A stretch of DNA of 57,282 bases from the IMG/VR virus record IMGVR_UViG_3300022929_000029, positions 1-57,282 of that record. One strand, given 5' to 3'. This stretch comes from a virus. Its lineage: Duplodnaviria > Caudoviricetes. Shown here in pieces: positions 46,623 through 54,555 of this stretch; the first letter of the stretch is position 1, and each line of letters opens with the position of its first letter. Both the position numbers and the translations under genes were made by a program. The notes under the pieces were generated by a model. It was not told the DNA's origin. It saw only the letters and a list, made by a program, of their open reading frames with translations, and did not search any database.

Positions 46623-46939
46623 AGTTAATATAGGCTTGCAATGTCTGCAAGGCACTAGGTGACTAGTGTATCCTTTCATATCATATGAGGTCTATTATGC
46701 TTAATTTTCTGACAGATACACGCAATAACCATTATCCAATCGGTGACGGTAAACTGGCATTTTTTACGAAAGATGGATATGTTTCTACTAATCGTGCATA
46801 TTTCCACGTTGGACGTAATAAAAAATCAGGTCAATTCGTCAAACGCCATTGGCTTTTGAAAGTTACTCGCAAGGTGGTTAGAGGTTATTAATTGGACTGC
46901 AATGGGTTTTAAATAATCCATTGCAAGCCTATATTAACT
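46623..46939. repeat. Perfect 21-bp inverted repeat pair flanking a small ORF
   Basis: AGTTAATATAGGCTTGCAATG (46623-46643) / CATTGCAAGCCTATATTAACT (46919-46939). Confidence 0.9.
46697..46891 (+). CDS. Small basic early protein
   Basis: GAGG RBS before ATG46697. Confidence 0.55.
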   Translation: MLNFLTDTRNNHYPIGDGKLAFFTKDGYVSTNRAYFHVGRNKKSGQFVKRHWLLKVTRKVVRGY

Positions 46940-46959
46940 TGAAACAAAAGGATTTGAAA

Positions 46960-47559
46960 ATGTTCAAAAATCATCAAACAAAAATAGGCCAGGCCTGCGC
47001 TGCAAGTCCTGCAGCCGTTGCTGACACTATGATTTGCGTTATCAATTCTATTCGCACCCATTGGTATTTAGTGGGAAATATGAATATTGACGTAAAACAA
47101 AATGGTTTGGATAGCAGATATCTAAACAATGCAGTAAAGGCAAAAGCCTATAAATATATCCAGCGGAATAAAAAAGATATCCATGCAAAATTTGCTGATT
47201 ATAAAGCTGGTAAAATTGATCTTCCCGATTTGCTTTTGTATGTGGCATCATGCCCTAATCTTGGACTAGCAAAGGCAGGTTTCGTAATCCAATTGGCTCT
47301 TGGCGAGATAGGCTGTTTAGATAGTCATAATCTGCAACGGTTCGGATTATCTGCCAGCACGTTCAAATATGGTGCGAATGCGTCATATGCTTTGATGCGT
47401 AAAAAAGCAGAATTATATATCGACACATGCGAAAAGCTAGGCGGGTGTGAACACCTATGGGATAGCTGGTGTGACTATTTGGCAACGGTTCACCCAACAA
47501 AATATAGTGATGGTGAACACGTCTCGCAAATGCATGTTGATTTCATACTAGGTAAATGA
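46960..47559 (+). CDS. HhH-GPD / DNA glycosylase-like fold protein
   Basis: PNLGLAKAGF...GCLDSHN resembles a helix-hairpin-helix followed by the D-x-H motif. Confidence 0.55.
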   Translation: MFKNHQTKIGQACAASPAAVADTMICVINSIRTHWYLVGNMNIDVKQNGLDSRYLNNAVKAKAYKYIQRNKKDIHAKFADYKAGKIDLPDLLLYVASCPNLGLAKAGFVIQLALGEIGCLDSHNLQRFGLSASTFKYGANASYALMRKKAELYIDTCEKLGGCEHLWDSWCDYLATVHPTKYSDGEHVSQMHVDFILGK

Positions 47560-47568
47560 GGTGGTATA

Positions 47569-47772
47569 ATGTCTGTGTTTCGATACGATGACGGCTATGA
47601 CACGTTCAGAGTTGAATTAAAACTCAAATCTGGGTGGGTCAATTGTTATGGTGACAAGGAATATGCCACGATTGGCTGGGCTGGTGTAAAATGCAAAGAT
47701 ATTCTTGACCTTGGATATACTGCCCGAATTGTCAAATATGAAAATGGTGAATGGAAAGAGGTGAAAGAATGA
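47569..47772 (+). CDS. Hypothetical early protein
   Basis: GAGG RBS; tight packing. Confidence 0.6.
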   Translation: MSVFRYDDGYDTFRVELKLKSGWVNCYGDKEYATIGWAGVKCKDILDLGYTARIVKYENGEWKEVKE

Positions 47773-48098
47773 TAGTAAAATCATATGACAACCCAATGGA
47801 TCATAGGGGATGCGTGAAAATCCCCTTGTATTGGTCAAAAGATGGGCAATTCTTTTTATCCATCTCTAATAATATTGATGGTTCTTTTGAAACATGGCCT
47901 CAACGTGTCTATAAAGATGGCACTGTTCAATATCTGAGTGACGATCCGAAATATTGTCATGACAGTTTAGAATTAGTTGAGCATTTAAACTATGCCAATG
48001 GTGGCATGTGGAGTTTTTGGGAATATCCAAAAGAAGAATTTAATGAAGATGATGTTTGCCGGAATGGTAAACTAGTCACAGAATGTGAGTGTTGTTAA
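47769..48098 (+). CDS. Hypothetical early protein
   Basis: GAGG RBS; ATGA overlap. Confidence 0.6.
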   Translation: MIVKSYDNPMDHRGCVKIPLYWSKDGQFFLSISNNIDGSFETWPQRVYKDGTVQYLSDDPKYCHDSLELVEHLNYANGGMWSFWEYPKEEFNEDDVCRNGKLVTECECC

Positions 48099-48192
48099 AT
48101 GGAATATTTAATACTGCAATTGATTATCTTGGGTGTATATATTGTAACCAATATGTAACCTGAAAAATCCTGGAATTTCTAGGCGAGAGCTG

Positions 48193-48402
48193 CAACTTAG
48201 GAGGTTATGAAATGTGTTGGGGAAAAATTGAGGGTTTGCCGTTTGGTTTTGAAATATTAGAAGACCCTGACGGCTGGAACTTAGTTAGACATGGAAAATT
48301 TTTAGGGTGTCGTGAAACAATAGAAGAAATTTTTGATGTGATGTGTAGGCTTCATATGTCACAAATTGAAAATCCTGCATCAACTTAGGAGGTTATGAAA
48401 TG
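48193..48402 (+). repeat. 22-bp direct repeat containing RBS and start codon
   Basis: CAACTTAGGAGGTTATGAAATG at 48193 and 48381. Confidence 0.9.
48212..48388 (+). CDS. 58-aa hypothetical protein (not in ORF track)
   Basis: AGGAGG RBS; MCWGKIEGLPFG... Confidence 0.6.
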   Translation: MCWGKIEGLPFGFEILEDPDGWNLVRHGKFLGCRETIEEIFDVMCRLHMSQIENPAST

Positions 48403-48555
48403 CAAATGAAACTCGATATGATGGATGAAGATTTGATAGACATGCTAGACGATACAAGTGTGTTGACATTGGATGAACTATCTGTTATGTCAGGTAGATC
48501 AGTTGGTGAATTAATTGAAATGAAAAGAGAGATGCAAAACAATGAAACGTATTGA
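48400..48555 (+). CDS. 51-aa acidic hypothetical protein (not in ORF track)
   Basis: AGGAGG RBS; MQMKLDMMDEDL... Confidence 0.6.
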   Translation: MQMKLDMMDEDLIDMLDDTSVLTLDELSVMSGRSVGELIEMKREMQNNETY

Positions 48556-48730
48556 TACTCAAACGCCACATGGTCACACAACAGTATTGCCAAAGGATCA
48601 ATTCCTCATGCTGATGTATGACCTCGCAGAAGAAATGTGCCACATGGACAAACAAGATCGTGAACCTGAATGGCATGTTGATGAGGCAGAAGAAATGTTA
48701 ATTCGTAATGGTATCTTGAAAGGTGAATAA
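48542..48730 (+). CDS. Hypothetical protein
   Basis: Tight packing in the early arm. Confidence 0.55.
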   Translation: MKRIDTQTPHGHTTVLPKDQFLMLMYDLAEEMCHMDKQDREPEWHVDEAEEMLIRNGILKGE

Positions 48731-48731
48731 A

Positions 48732-49106
48732 ATGGATAGAACAACAGCAAAAATTCTTCGTGAAAAACTAAACAACTTATTTGCCGAACATGGCATTGAA
48801 GGTTTTGAAATTGACGTAGGCAACGCAAGCTATGATGACACACAAATTACATTCAAGGTGCAAATCAAAGAGACTGGTGCGCCATCAAAAGAGGAAAAAG
48901 ACCTCGAAAAATACGCAGGTTTGTATGACCTAGACACTAGTAAGATTGCAACCGTTAGGGGTGACAAGTACAGCCTTGTGGGCTTCAATTCAAGAGCAAG
49001 GAAACAACCATTTATAATTCAGAAGCTGGGCATAGGTGGATCAAATAACAAATATAAGATAACAGAAGACCAAGCTAAAAGATTTTTCGGAAAGGATGTT
49101 GCGTAA
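48732..49106 (+). CDS. Hypothetical protein
   Basis: AAGG RBS; 124 aa. Confidence 0.7.
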   Translation: MDRTTAKILREKLNNLFAEHGIEGFEIDVGNASYDDTQITFKVQIKETGAPSKEEKDLEKYAGLYDLDTSKIATVRGDKYSLVGFNSRARKQPFIIQKLGIGGSNNKYKITEDQAKRFFGKDVA

Positions 49107-49222
49107 TGAATGACGAAGATGGTTTTGAATTTGAAGGGGTTTGGATTACTGATAGATACAAATCCCCATGTGGTAGGTTTGACCTGACAGAAGAACAATC
49201 AAAAGAATTGTATGGAGAATAA
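49106..49222 (+). CDS. 38-aa hypothetical protein
   Basis: TAATG coupling; fills the gap before the methyltransferase. Confidence 0.45.
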   Translation: MNDEDGFEFEGVWITDRYKSPCGRFDLTEEQSKELYGE

Positions 49223-49225
49223 ACA

Positions 49226-50332
49226 ATGAATGTACTATCACTGTTCGATGGAATGTCTTGTGGTCAGATTGCACTAGATAAGCTAGGCATAAAGCCTAAC
49301 CACTATTTTGCAGCCGAAGTGGACAAGTACGCCATCCAAGTAACAAAGGTTAACTATCCAAACACAATTCACCTTGGTGATGTGAGGGATGTTATGTGGC
49401 CTGAGACATTTGAAGGCATCAAGATTGATCTATTGATCGGCGGTAGTCCATGCCAAGGATTTAGCTTTGCTGGCAAGCAATTAAATTTTGACGATCCCAG
49501 AAGCAAACTATTCTGGGAATATGTACGCCTACTAAAAGAATGTAAGCCTAAATATTTCCTGCTTGAGAATGTACGAATGAAACAAGAAAGCATGGACGTG
49601 ATCACTGAGGCACTAGGTGTCGAGCCTGTCTTTATCAATAGCAGTCTTGTGTCTGCACAGAACCGACAACGATACTACTGGACAAACATTCCATTCGATG
49701 GCTTACCAGAGGACAAAGGTATTATGTTGCGTGACATACTAGAGGATGGTGTTACAGATAGAGACAAGGCGCACTGTATTGATGCTAACTATTTCAAGGG
49801 TGGAAATCTCAAATCATACTTTGAGAAACATAGGCGGCAACTTGTGTTTGATTTTGACCTAAAGAAATCTGGCCTTATTCAAGTTGGGGAGACAGAAGAG
49901 TACCAGCATTATAACAACAGCCAGATCAAACGTGTGTATCATCCTGAAGGCAAGGCACCTACGTTGCTTGTCAATCAAGGTGGCAATCGTGAGCCAAAGG
50001 TTGCCACGCATGACCCAAAGGGTGGACGCATAGTGAACCGTAGGCTGGACGAAAATGGTACACGCAAAGACTACGACAAGAGCATACCATTACAGCCTCG
50101 TGTCGAGGTGAGAGAGGACAGCAAAACAAACTGCTTATCGACAGTATACAAAGACAGTGTAGTTGTCGAAGACATGACATGGCGTAAGCTGACACCTCTT
50201 GAGTGTGAGCGACTGCAGACTGTACCTGATGGGTACACTGCACACGTCAGCAATACACAACGATACAAAATGCTGGGCAATGGTTGGACAGTGGATGTTA
50301 TCACACACATCATGAAAGGAATGGAACTATGA
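49226..50332 (+). CDS. DNA (cytosine-5) methyltransferase
   Basis: SLFDG, GGSPCQ, LLENV, Q.R.R, ECERLQ and GNGW motifs. Confidence 0.92.
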   Translation: MNVLSLFDGMSCGQIALDKLGIKPNHYFAAEVDKYAIQVTKVNYPNTIHLGDVRDVMWPETFEGIKIDLLIGGSPCQGFSFAGKQLNFDDPRSKLFWEYVRLLKECKPKYFLLENVRMKQESMDVITEALGVEPVFINSSLVSAQNRQRYYWTNIPFDGLPEDKGIMLRDILEDGVTDRDKAHCIDANYFKGGNLKSYFEKHRRQLVFDFDLKKSGLIQVGETEEYQHYNNSQIKRVYHPEGKAPTLLVNQGGNREPKVATHDPKGGRIVNRRLDENGTRKDYDKSIPLQPRVEVREDSKTNCLSTVYKDSVVVEDMTWRKLTPLECERLQTVPDGYTAHVSNTQRYKMLGNGWTVDVITHIMKGMEL

Positions 50333-50733
50333 GTATTCAAATTAGTCAGAAGATGTTAAACAGAATTGACAGGATCAATGAGCGTGATGGTACAAGCTGG
50401 AAGATCATGGCGGTGCGTGTTAACAGTGAATGGGAAGCACCAGCCCATGTTAATCCTTGGGATGTAGTAAAGGAAGGTGATGTAGGGTTAGGACGTTTTA
50501 GATTTTTTGAATATAAGAAACTAAAAAGACCATTCAAGGGTAACGTCTTTGGTATTACATGTGGCAGCCTTTATACATCTGTATCTTACAAGCGTCACGT
50601 TTGGAAGTTTAAGGTTTCAAAGTTTCATAGCACAAGACAGGTAACTAAGTTTATGATCGAAGGAATGGAGGATAACAAAACATATTCTCGTAAGGAAATG
50701 AATGAGTTACTGCATACTATGGAGAGGTCATGA
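50329..50733 (+). CDS. Hypothetical protein
   Basis: ATGA overlap with the methyltransferase. Confidence 0.65.
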   Translation: MSIQISQKMLNRIDRINERDGTSWKIMAVRVNSEWEAPAHVNPWDVVKEGDVGLGRFRFFEYKKLKRPFKGNVFGITCGSLYTSVSYKRHVWKFKVSKFHSTRQVTKFMIEGMEDNKTYSRKEMNELLHTMERS

Positions 50734-50885
50734 AATACATGGAAGAACTACCACTTGACCATGAGCCTAGCCTTGATCATTGGGCTAAGTGTTTAGCTGA
50801 TGATGACATAGCTACAGGCTACCATACTAATTGGGATTATGCCTATGAACAGGCATGGTATTGTATAGAAGGGATTTTAGAATGA
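50730..50885 (+). CDS. 51-aa hypothetical protein (not in ORF track)
   Basis: ATGA overlaps at both ends; GGAGAGG RBS. Confidence 0.55.
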   Translation: MKYMEELPLDHEPSLDHWAKCLADDDIATGYHTNWDYAYEQAWYCIEGILE

Positions 50886-51067
50886 AGACGATAGAGGAAC
50901 ACATGGAAGCACCAACAAAAGAAATCCTGGATCAGAAGATCACAAGTTACTTCAACAGTTACCCTCGACTAGGATATGACACAAGAATTATCAATGAAGG
51001 GGTTGACAAACGTGATGGTTCTGATGTATACACAGTGATCATTTCAAGACAAACATCGTGTGATTAG
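50882..51067 (+). CDS. Hypothetical protein
   Basis: ATGA overlap. Confidence 0.6.
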   Translation: MKTIEEHMEAPTKEILDQKITSYFNSYPRLGYDTRIINEGVDKRDGSDVYTVIISRQTSCD

Positions 51068-51078
51068 GAGACACAGAC

Positions 51079-51405
51079 ATGGATATTAATAGTAAAGTAT
51101 TTGATGCACCTCGTGAACAAATCCAAGAGGCACTAGGGTTGTTACCTAGATGGGTGATGGAGTATAATTTACGAGAGAAGGATGACTTGGTAGGACATAT
51201 GCAGGACAGCTACGGCTTCGGTGAACTGTACAAGTTTGGTGGCTATGTGACTGAGGATGGAAACTATTGCAGCGAACATGAAGATGACGATGACCTTCCT
51301 TGGATTGCCAAGATGAAGACAAAGGATGGTGACGTATACTTCTATGAGTACGCAATCACTGCACTGCCTACGCCTGACGGTTACTACATTACAAGGATGG
51401 ATTGA
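51079..51405 (+). CDS. Hypothetical acidic protein
   Basis: AGGAG RBS. Confidence 0.7.
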   Translation: MDINSKVFDAPREQIQEALGLLPRWVMEYNLREKDDLVGHMQDSYGFGELYKFGGYVTEDGNYCSEHEDDDDLPWIAKMKTKDGDVYFYEYAITALPTPDGYYITRMD

Positions 51406-51406
51406 T

Positions 51407-51553
51407 ATGCCTAAAACAACAGTAACAATTTACCTAGAGTTCGATGACATTGGACATGAAGAAGACGCATTGAAGGAATCAATCCATCAATACCTTACGG
51501 ATCTGATTGATGATGATTCCTTAGTGTACTACATCAACGAAGAAATGAGGTGA
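51407..51553 (+). CDS. Small acidic protein
   Basis: Tight packing. Confidence 0.55.
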   Translation: MPKTTVTIYLEFDDIGHEEDALKESIHQYLTDLIDDDSLVYYINEEMR

Positions 51554-51556
51554 GCC

Positions 51557-51835
51557 ATGCCTAAGTTAGATTTAACACCTGCGAATACACCTGATGAGTT
51601 AGAAGGTTTGATTGAATATGCTTCAGGGTTAGCACTGGAAGACAGGATGAATGATCCAGAAGGAACCCATCCATTTGATAAGTTTGTGCGACAGTATGAG
51701 GATGAGTTAGTTGTTGCTGAACTTTTAGATAAACTAAAGGTTCAAGCTATGAACAGACTTGCACCTTCCTTTGTGGAGTGGCAGCAAAACCAACGGTCAA
51801 AGTTTAAACCTTCAAAGATGTTTCCAAAGGAGTGA
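51557..51835 (+). CDS. Hypothetical protein
   Basis: GAGG RBS. Confidence 0.65.
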   Translation: MPKLDLTPANTPDELEGLIEYASGLALEDRMNDPEGTHPFDKFVRQYEDELVVAELLDKLKVQAMNRLAPSFVEWQQNQRSKFKPSKMFPKE

Positions 51836-51838
51836 GAA

Positions 51839-51994
51839 ATGAAACGCATTAGCCCTATCAATCCTATCGCTAGAGCAGTTGCCCTATCAAGGCGTAGAGC
51901 TAGTGTCGTGCCACCTAAGAAGGGTAAGGGTTCTTTCAACAGGAAGAAACTCCCACCCGTTATAGAGGACTATAAAGGCTACAAAGGTAATTAA
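51839..51994 (+). CDS. ArfA-like (alternative ribosome rescue factor A) peptide, 51 aa, not in ORF track
   Basis: AAGGAG RBS; MKRISPINPIARAVALSRRRASVVPPKKGKGSFNRKK... carries the ArfA KKGKGS[YF]xRK motif. Confidence 0.65.
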   Translation: MKRISPINPIARAVALSRRRASVVPPKKGKGSFNRKKLPPVIEDYKGYKGN

Positions 51995-52032
51995 TATTAT
52001 CTTTTATTATCTTCTTTCTTTCTCTAAAGAGG

Positions 52033-52061
52033 ATTATACACCTGGAAAATTTTTATGTCAA
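52033..52061 (-). promoter_or_regulatory. Consensus antisense sigma70 promoter
   Basis: TTGACA-N17-TATAAT on the - strand inside the + early arm. Confidence 0.7.
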
Positions 52062-52074
52062 GGAGAAAAATAAA

Positions 52075-52161
52075 TTGACATACTGGATTATGTATTGTAT
52101 GATGCTATTTATGTTGGTGTTCGCTATATTAGGAACGCTAAGTTTAATTTTTGTCAGGTAA
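52075..52161 (+). CDS. 28-aa hydrophobic peptide (TTG start); overlaps a TTGACA-N17-TATGAT promoter
   Basis: AAGGAG RBS; MTYWIMYCMMLFMLVFAILGTLSLIFVR. Confidence 0.4.
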   Translation: MTYWIMYCMMLFMLVFAILGTLSLIFVR

Positions 52162-52176
52162 AGAAAGGATACTGTC

Positions 52177-52374
52177 ATGACAAAAAAAAGAAAATATAAT
52201 AATCACTATGAAATATCTGCAACCGATCTTGACTATGTAGAGACAGTCGCAGCCGTATCTGCAAACGAAATCGACATTGATGAAATCAATTCCTTCCTCA
52301 ATGATACTGAAGATTACTTAAAAGATTTCGATGAGATAAACAAACATCAATTAAAAAAGGAACTAGGACTATGA
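52177..52374 (+). CDS. Hypothetical protein
   Basis: AAGGA RBS. Confidence 0.6.
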   Translation: MTKKRKYNNHYEISATDLDYVETVAAVSANEIDIDEINSFLNDTEDYLKDFDEINKHQLKKELGL

Positions 52375-52553
52375 CTGTCAACCTATGGGAAAAAGATCGC
52401 AAGCGTTTGTTTAGGGATTTGTACCAGCAATACCTTGACGAAGGATATGATGCGAAGGAAGCAAAGAAACTTGCCAAGGAAGAAGCGGAAGATATCATGG
52501 CAGATACAAATGACTATGTTGATAGTATAAACAAGGCGTTATGGGATGAGTAA
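52371..52553 (+). CDS. Conserved small phage protein
   Basis: Y..EGY..KEAKKLA..E motif. Confidence 0.65.
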   Translation: MTVNLWEKDRKRLFRDLYQQYLDEGYDAKEAKKLAKEEAEDIMADTNDYVDSINKALWDE

Positions 52554-52692
52554 AGTTATTACAGAAAAAGAAATACTCATGCATAATATTCATGAGCTGC
52601 AGAAGAGCTTGCAGGATGCATACATTCGTATTGCAGAACTGCACGAGAACCTAGAAAAATGTTTAGCTGAAAAGGATAAACAACATGGCTAA
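52546..52692 (+). CDS. 48-aa coiled-coil protein (not in ORF track)
   Basis: Overlaps both neighbours; ELQKSLQDAYIRIAEL. Confidence 0.5.
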   Translation: MSKVITEKEILMHNIHELQKSLQDAYIRIAELHENLEKCLAEKDKQHG

Positions 52693-52972
52693 GAAATATG
52701 AGAACATGTCGAGTGATGAACGCATGGCCTATTGGGAAAAGAAACGTGAGCAAGAAAAGAAAATCAAACAGAAGCACGTTGATCTTCTTGAGCCTTCACA
52801 GTTGAAAGCATTAAAGGACATGGACAAGTTACTTACTTCTGTGTTACGAACTGCAATGTACAATGACATGGGTGGCATGAGAATGGTGTCAATGGTTGAG
52901 ATGCAAGACCTAGAAGAAGCACATAGCTTAGTTAAGTTCAAGTTTAATTTAGGAGATGAAGATGACAGTTAA
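52685..52972 (+). CDS. Hypothetical protein
   Basis: AAGGA RBS. Confidence 0.65.
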   Translation: MAKKYENMSSDERMAYWEKKREQEKKIKQKHVDLLEPSQLKALKDMDKLLTSVLRTAMYNDMGGMRMVSMVEMQDLEEAHSLVKFKFNLGDEDDS

Positions 52973-53159
52973 GGTAATGAATAAGATGGAAGACTTCAAG
53001 AAAGTTAAGAGTGCAATTGACAAAGCTATCAGCGCATCAAACACTTTGACCTTGACAGAAAGTAAATTACTTGATAACATTCACGAGAGTTTAGAGAAAG
53101 CACATAGTGGTATCAGTAGGTTTATTAAAATTGTAGAACGCAAGGGAGATTATAACTAA
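52956..53159 (+). CDS. Hypothetical protein
   Basis: Tight packing; exact start uncertain. Confidence 0.55.
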   Translation: MKMTVKVMNKMEDFKKVKSAIDKAISASNTLTLTESKLLDNIHESLEKAHSGISRFIKIVERKGDYN

Positions 53160-53368
53160 TGTTATTACATGAGTTCTATAGTGATGAAGATTGCTCTAGG
53201 GGTGGTGGCTCCTATAGAAAAGCAAGCATCTTCAAAGAGCCTGATGGTTCGTATACTATAGTAAAGATACAAGACGCAGCCATCATTGAAGAACTTAATC
53301 TGGCTGGTCACTCAGAACAGTACATGGAAAACATGGCAGAAGATTGGGTCATGGGTGTGAAGAGATGA
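53159..53368 (+). CDS. Hypothetical protein
   Basis: GGGAG RBS; C-terminal E..AEDWV motif. Confidence 0.65.
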   Translation: MLLHEFYSDEDCSRGGGSYRKASIFKEPDGSYTIVKIQDAAIIEELNLAGHSEQYMENMAEDWVMGVKR

Positions 53369-53577
53369 AAAGATATAAGGTATTCAAAGCATGGTATGAA
53401 CTATCTGAACAACTCAAGGCATCTGAAATTCCAGGAAGAGACTTCAGAGGATCAAAAGAATATCACATTGAAACATACCGTAACAATAAACTAACTGGTT
53501 TCTTTACAAGACCTACACACAAAGAAGCAAAACAGTTTGCAAGAGAATGGATGGAACCTGATTATGTCGGACGATGA
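53365..53577 (+). CDS. Hypothetical protein
   Basis: ATGA overlap. Confidence 0.55.
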   Translation: MKRYKVFKAWYELSEQLKASEIPGRDFRGSKEYHIETYRNNKLTGFFTRPTHKEAKQFAREWMEPDYVGR

Positions 53578-53812
53578 AAATAAAATTATCAATCTTTTCA
53601 GTGTAGTAGATGACAATAATGAAAGAGAGATTGATCGTAGTGTAGAGGAAGCATTCAGTAAGGCACTAGAACAGGACATTAGAGATGTAATGATTCTTGG
53701 GTGGACAAAAGACGATCAGTTGTTTATGAGCCTTGCAGTCAATGACGCACCTGACATGATCTTTATGCTTGAACTTGTCAAGAAGGAGATACTAGATGCA
53801 TCAAGATCATAA
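53564..53812 (+). CDS. Hypothetical protein
   Basis: V.ILGW......F.S......MIFMLE..K pattern. Confidence 0.65.
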   Translation: MSDDENKIINLFSVVDDNNEREIDRSVEEAFSKALEQDIRDVMILGWTKDDQLFMSLAVNDAPDMIFMLELVKKEILDASRS

Positions 53813-54002
53813 GATTTATTTTGAAACAGCAGAGAAAGTATCAGTCATTGAAGGTGTGGACAACATCAAAGAGTTCATGGAAGACAGAGCATACCTAGCC
53901 AAGGCTATGGGATACGATGCCATCATTGTAAATGATATGCTACAAATCTTTGATGATGGTGAACTATACGGAACTTACTTTCAACACAAGCATATGAACT
54001 AG
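53796..54002 (+). CDS. Hypothetical protein
   Basis: AAGGAG RBS. Confidence 0.6.
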   Translation: MHQDHKIYFETAEKVSVIEGVDNIKEFMEDRAYLAKAMGYDAIIVNDMLQIFDDGELYGTYFQHKHMN

Positions 54003-54013
54003 GAGAAAATAAA

Positions 54014-54331
54014 ATGGACATGAATGATTATCAAAAGTTGGCTATGAAAACTGCTATCTTTCCAAGCGACATGGGTGTATACTATGCCACCCTTGGTTTA
54101 GCTGGTGAGGCAGGTGAGATTGCTAACAAGGTTAAGAAGTTCATTCGTGATGGTCACTCAGTTGAGAAAGAAAAAGAACTCATTAGTGAACTTGGTGATG
54201 TACTTTGGTATGTGGCTGCAGTGGCAGATGTAATTGGTGTAAGCCTTGAGGAAGTAGCAAAAGATAATATGTACAAGCTGGCAGAGCGTCAGCGCAAGGG
54301 AACACTACAAGGTTCGGGAGATAATAGGTAA
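54014..54331 (+). CDS. mazG: MazG-like nucleotide pyrophosphohydrolase
   Basis: GLAGEAGEIANKVKK, ELGDVLWY and GSGDNR. Confidence 0.88.
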   Translation: MDMNDYQKLAMKTAIFPSDMGVYYATLGLAGEAGEIANKVKKFIRDGHSVEKEKELISELGDVLWYVAAVADVIGVSLEEVAKDNMYKLAERQRKGTLQGSGDNR

Positions 54332-54555
54332 TGTATAAGTGTCCAGAATGTAATGGCTCATCTATGGTATTGGATAGTGAGGACTTTTATAAAGTCAGTG
54401 ACACATTAGTTAAATGTGTACATACAATGTACTGTCCAGAATGTGGCTGCGATGGGCAACTAGAAGAAGAAATATTTGATCCTAAAGACGAAGACTTAAC
54501 TATGGAATACTTCTTTCCAAATGAAGGAGCAAGTGATAATGATGACGGATCGTAA
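54331..54555 (+). CDS. Small zinc-ribbon protein
   Basis: Two CPEC motifs. Confidence 0.65.
   Translation: MYKCPECNGSSMVLDSEDFYKVSDTLVKCVHTMYCPECGCDGQLEEEIFDPKDEDLTMEYFFPNEGASDNDDGS

Noticed and set aside
46623-46939. Retron a1/a2 repeats or an IS element
   Set aside because: No RT or transposase recognised and no clear target-site duplication; kept only as an unexplained inverted repeat.
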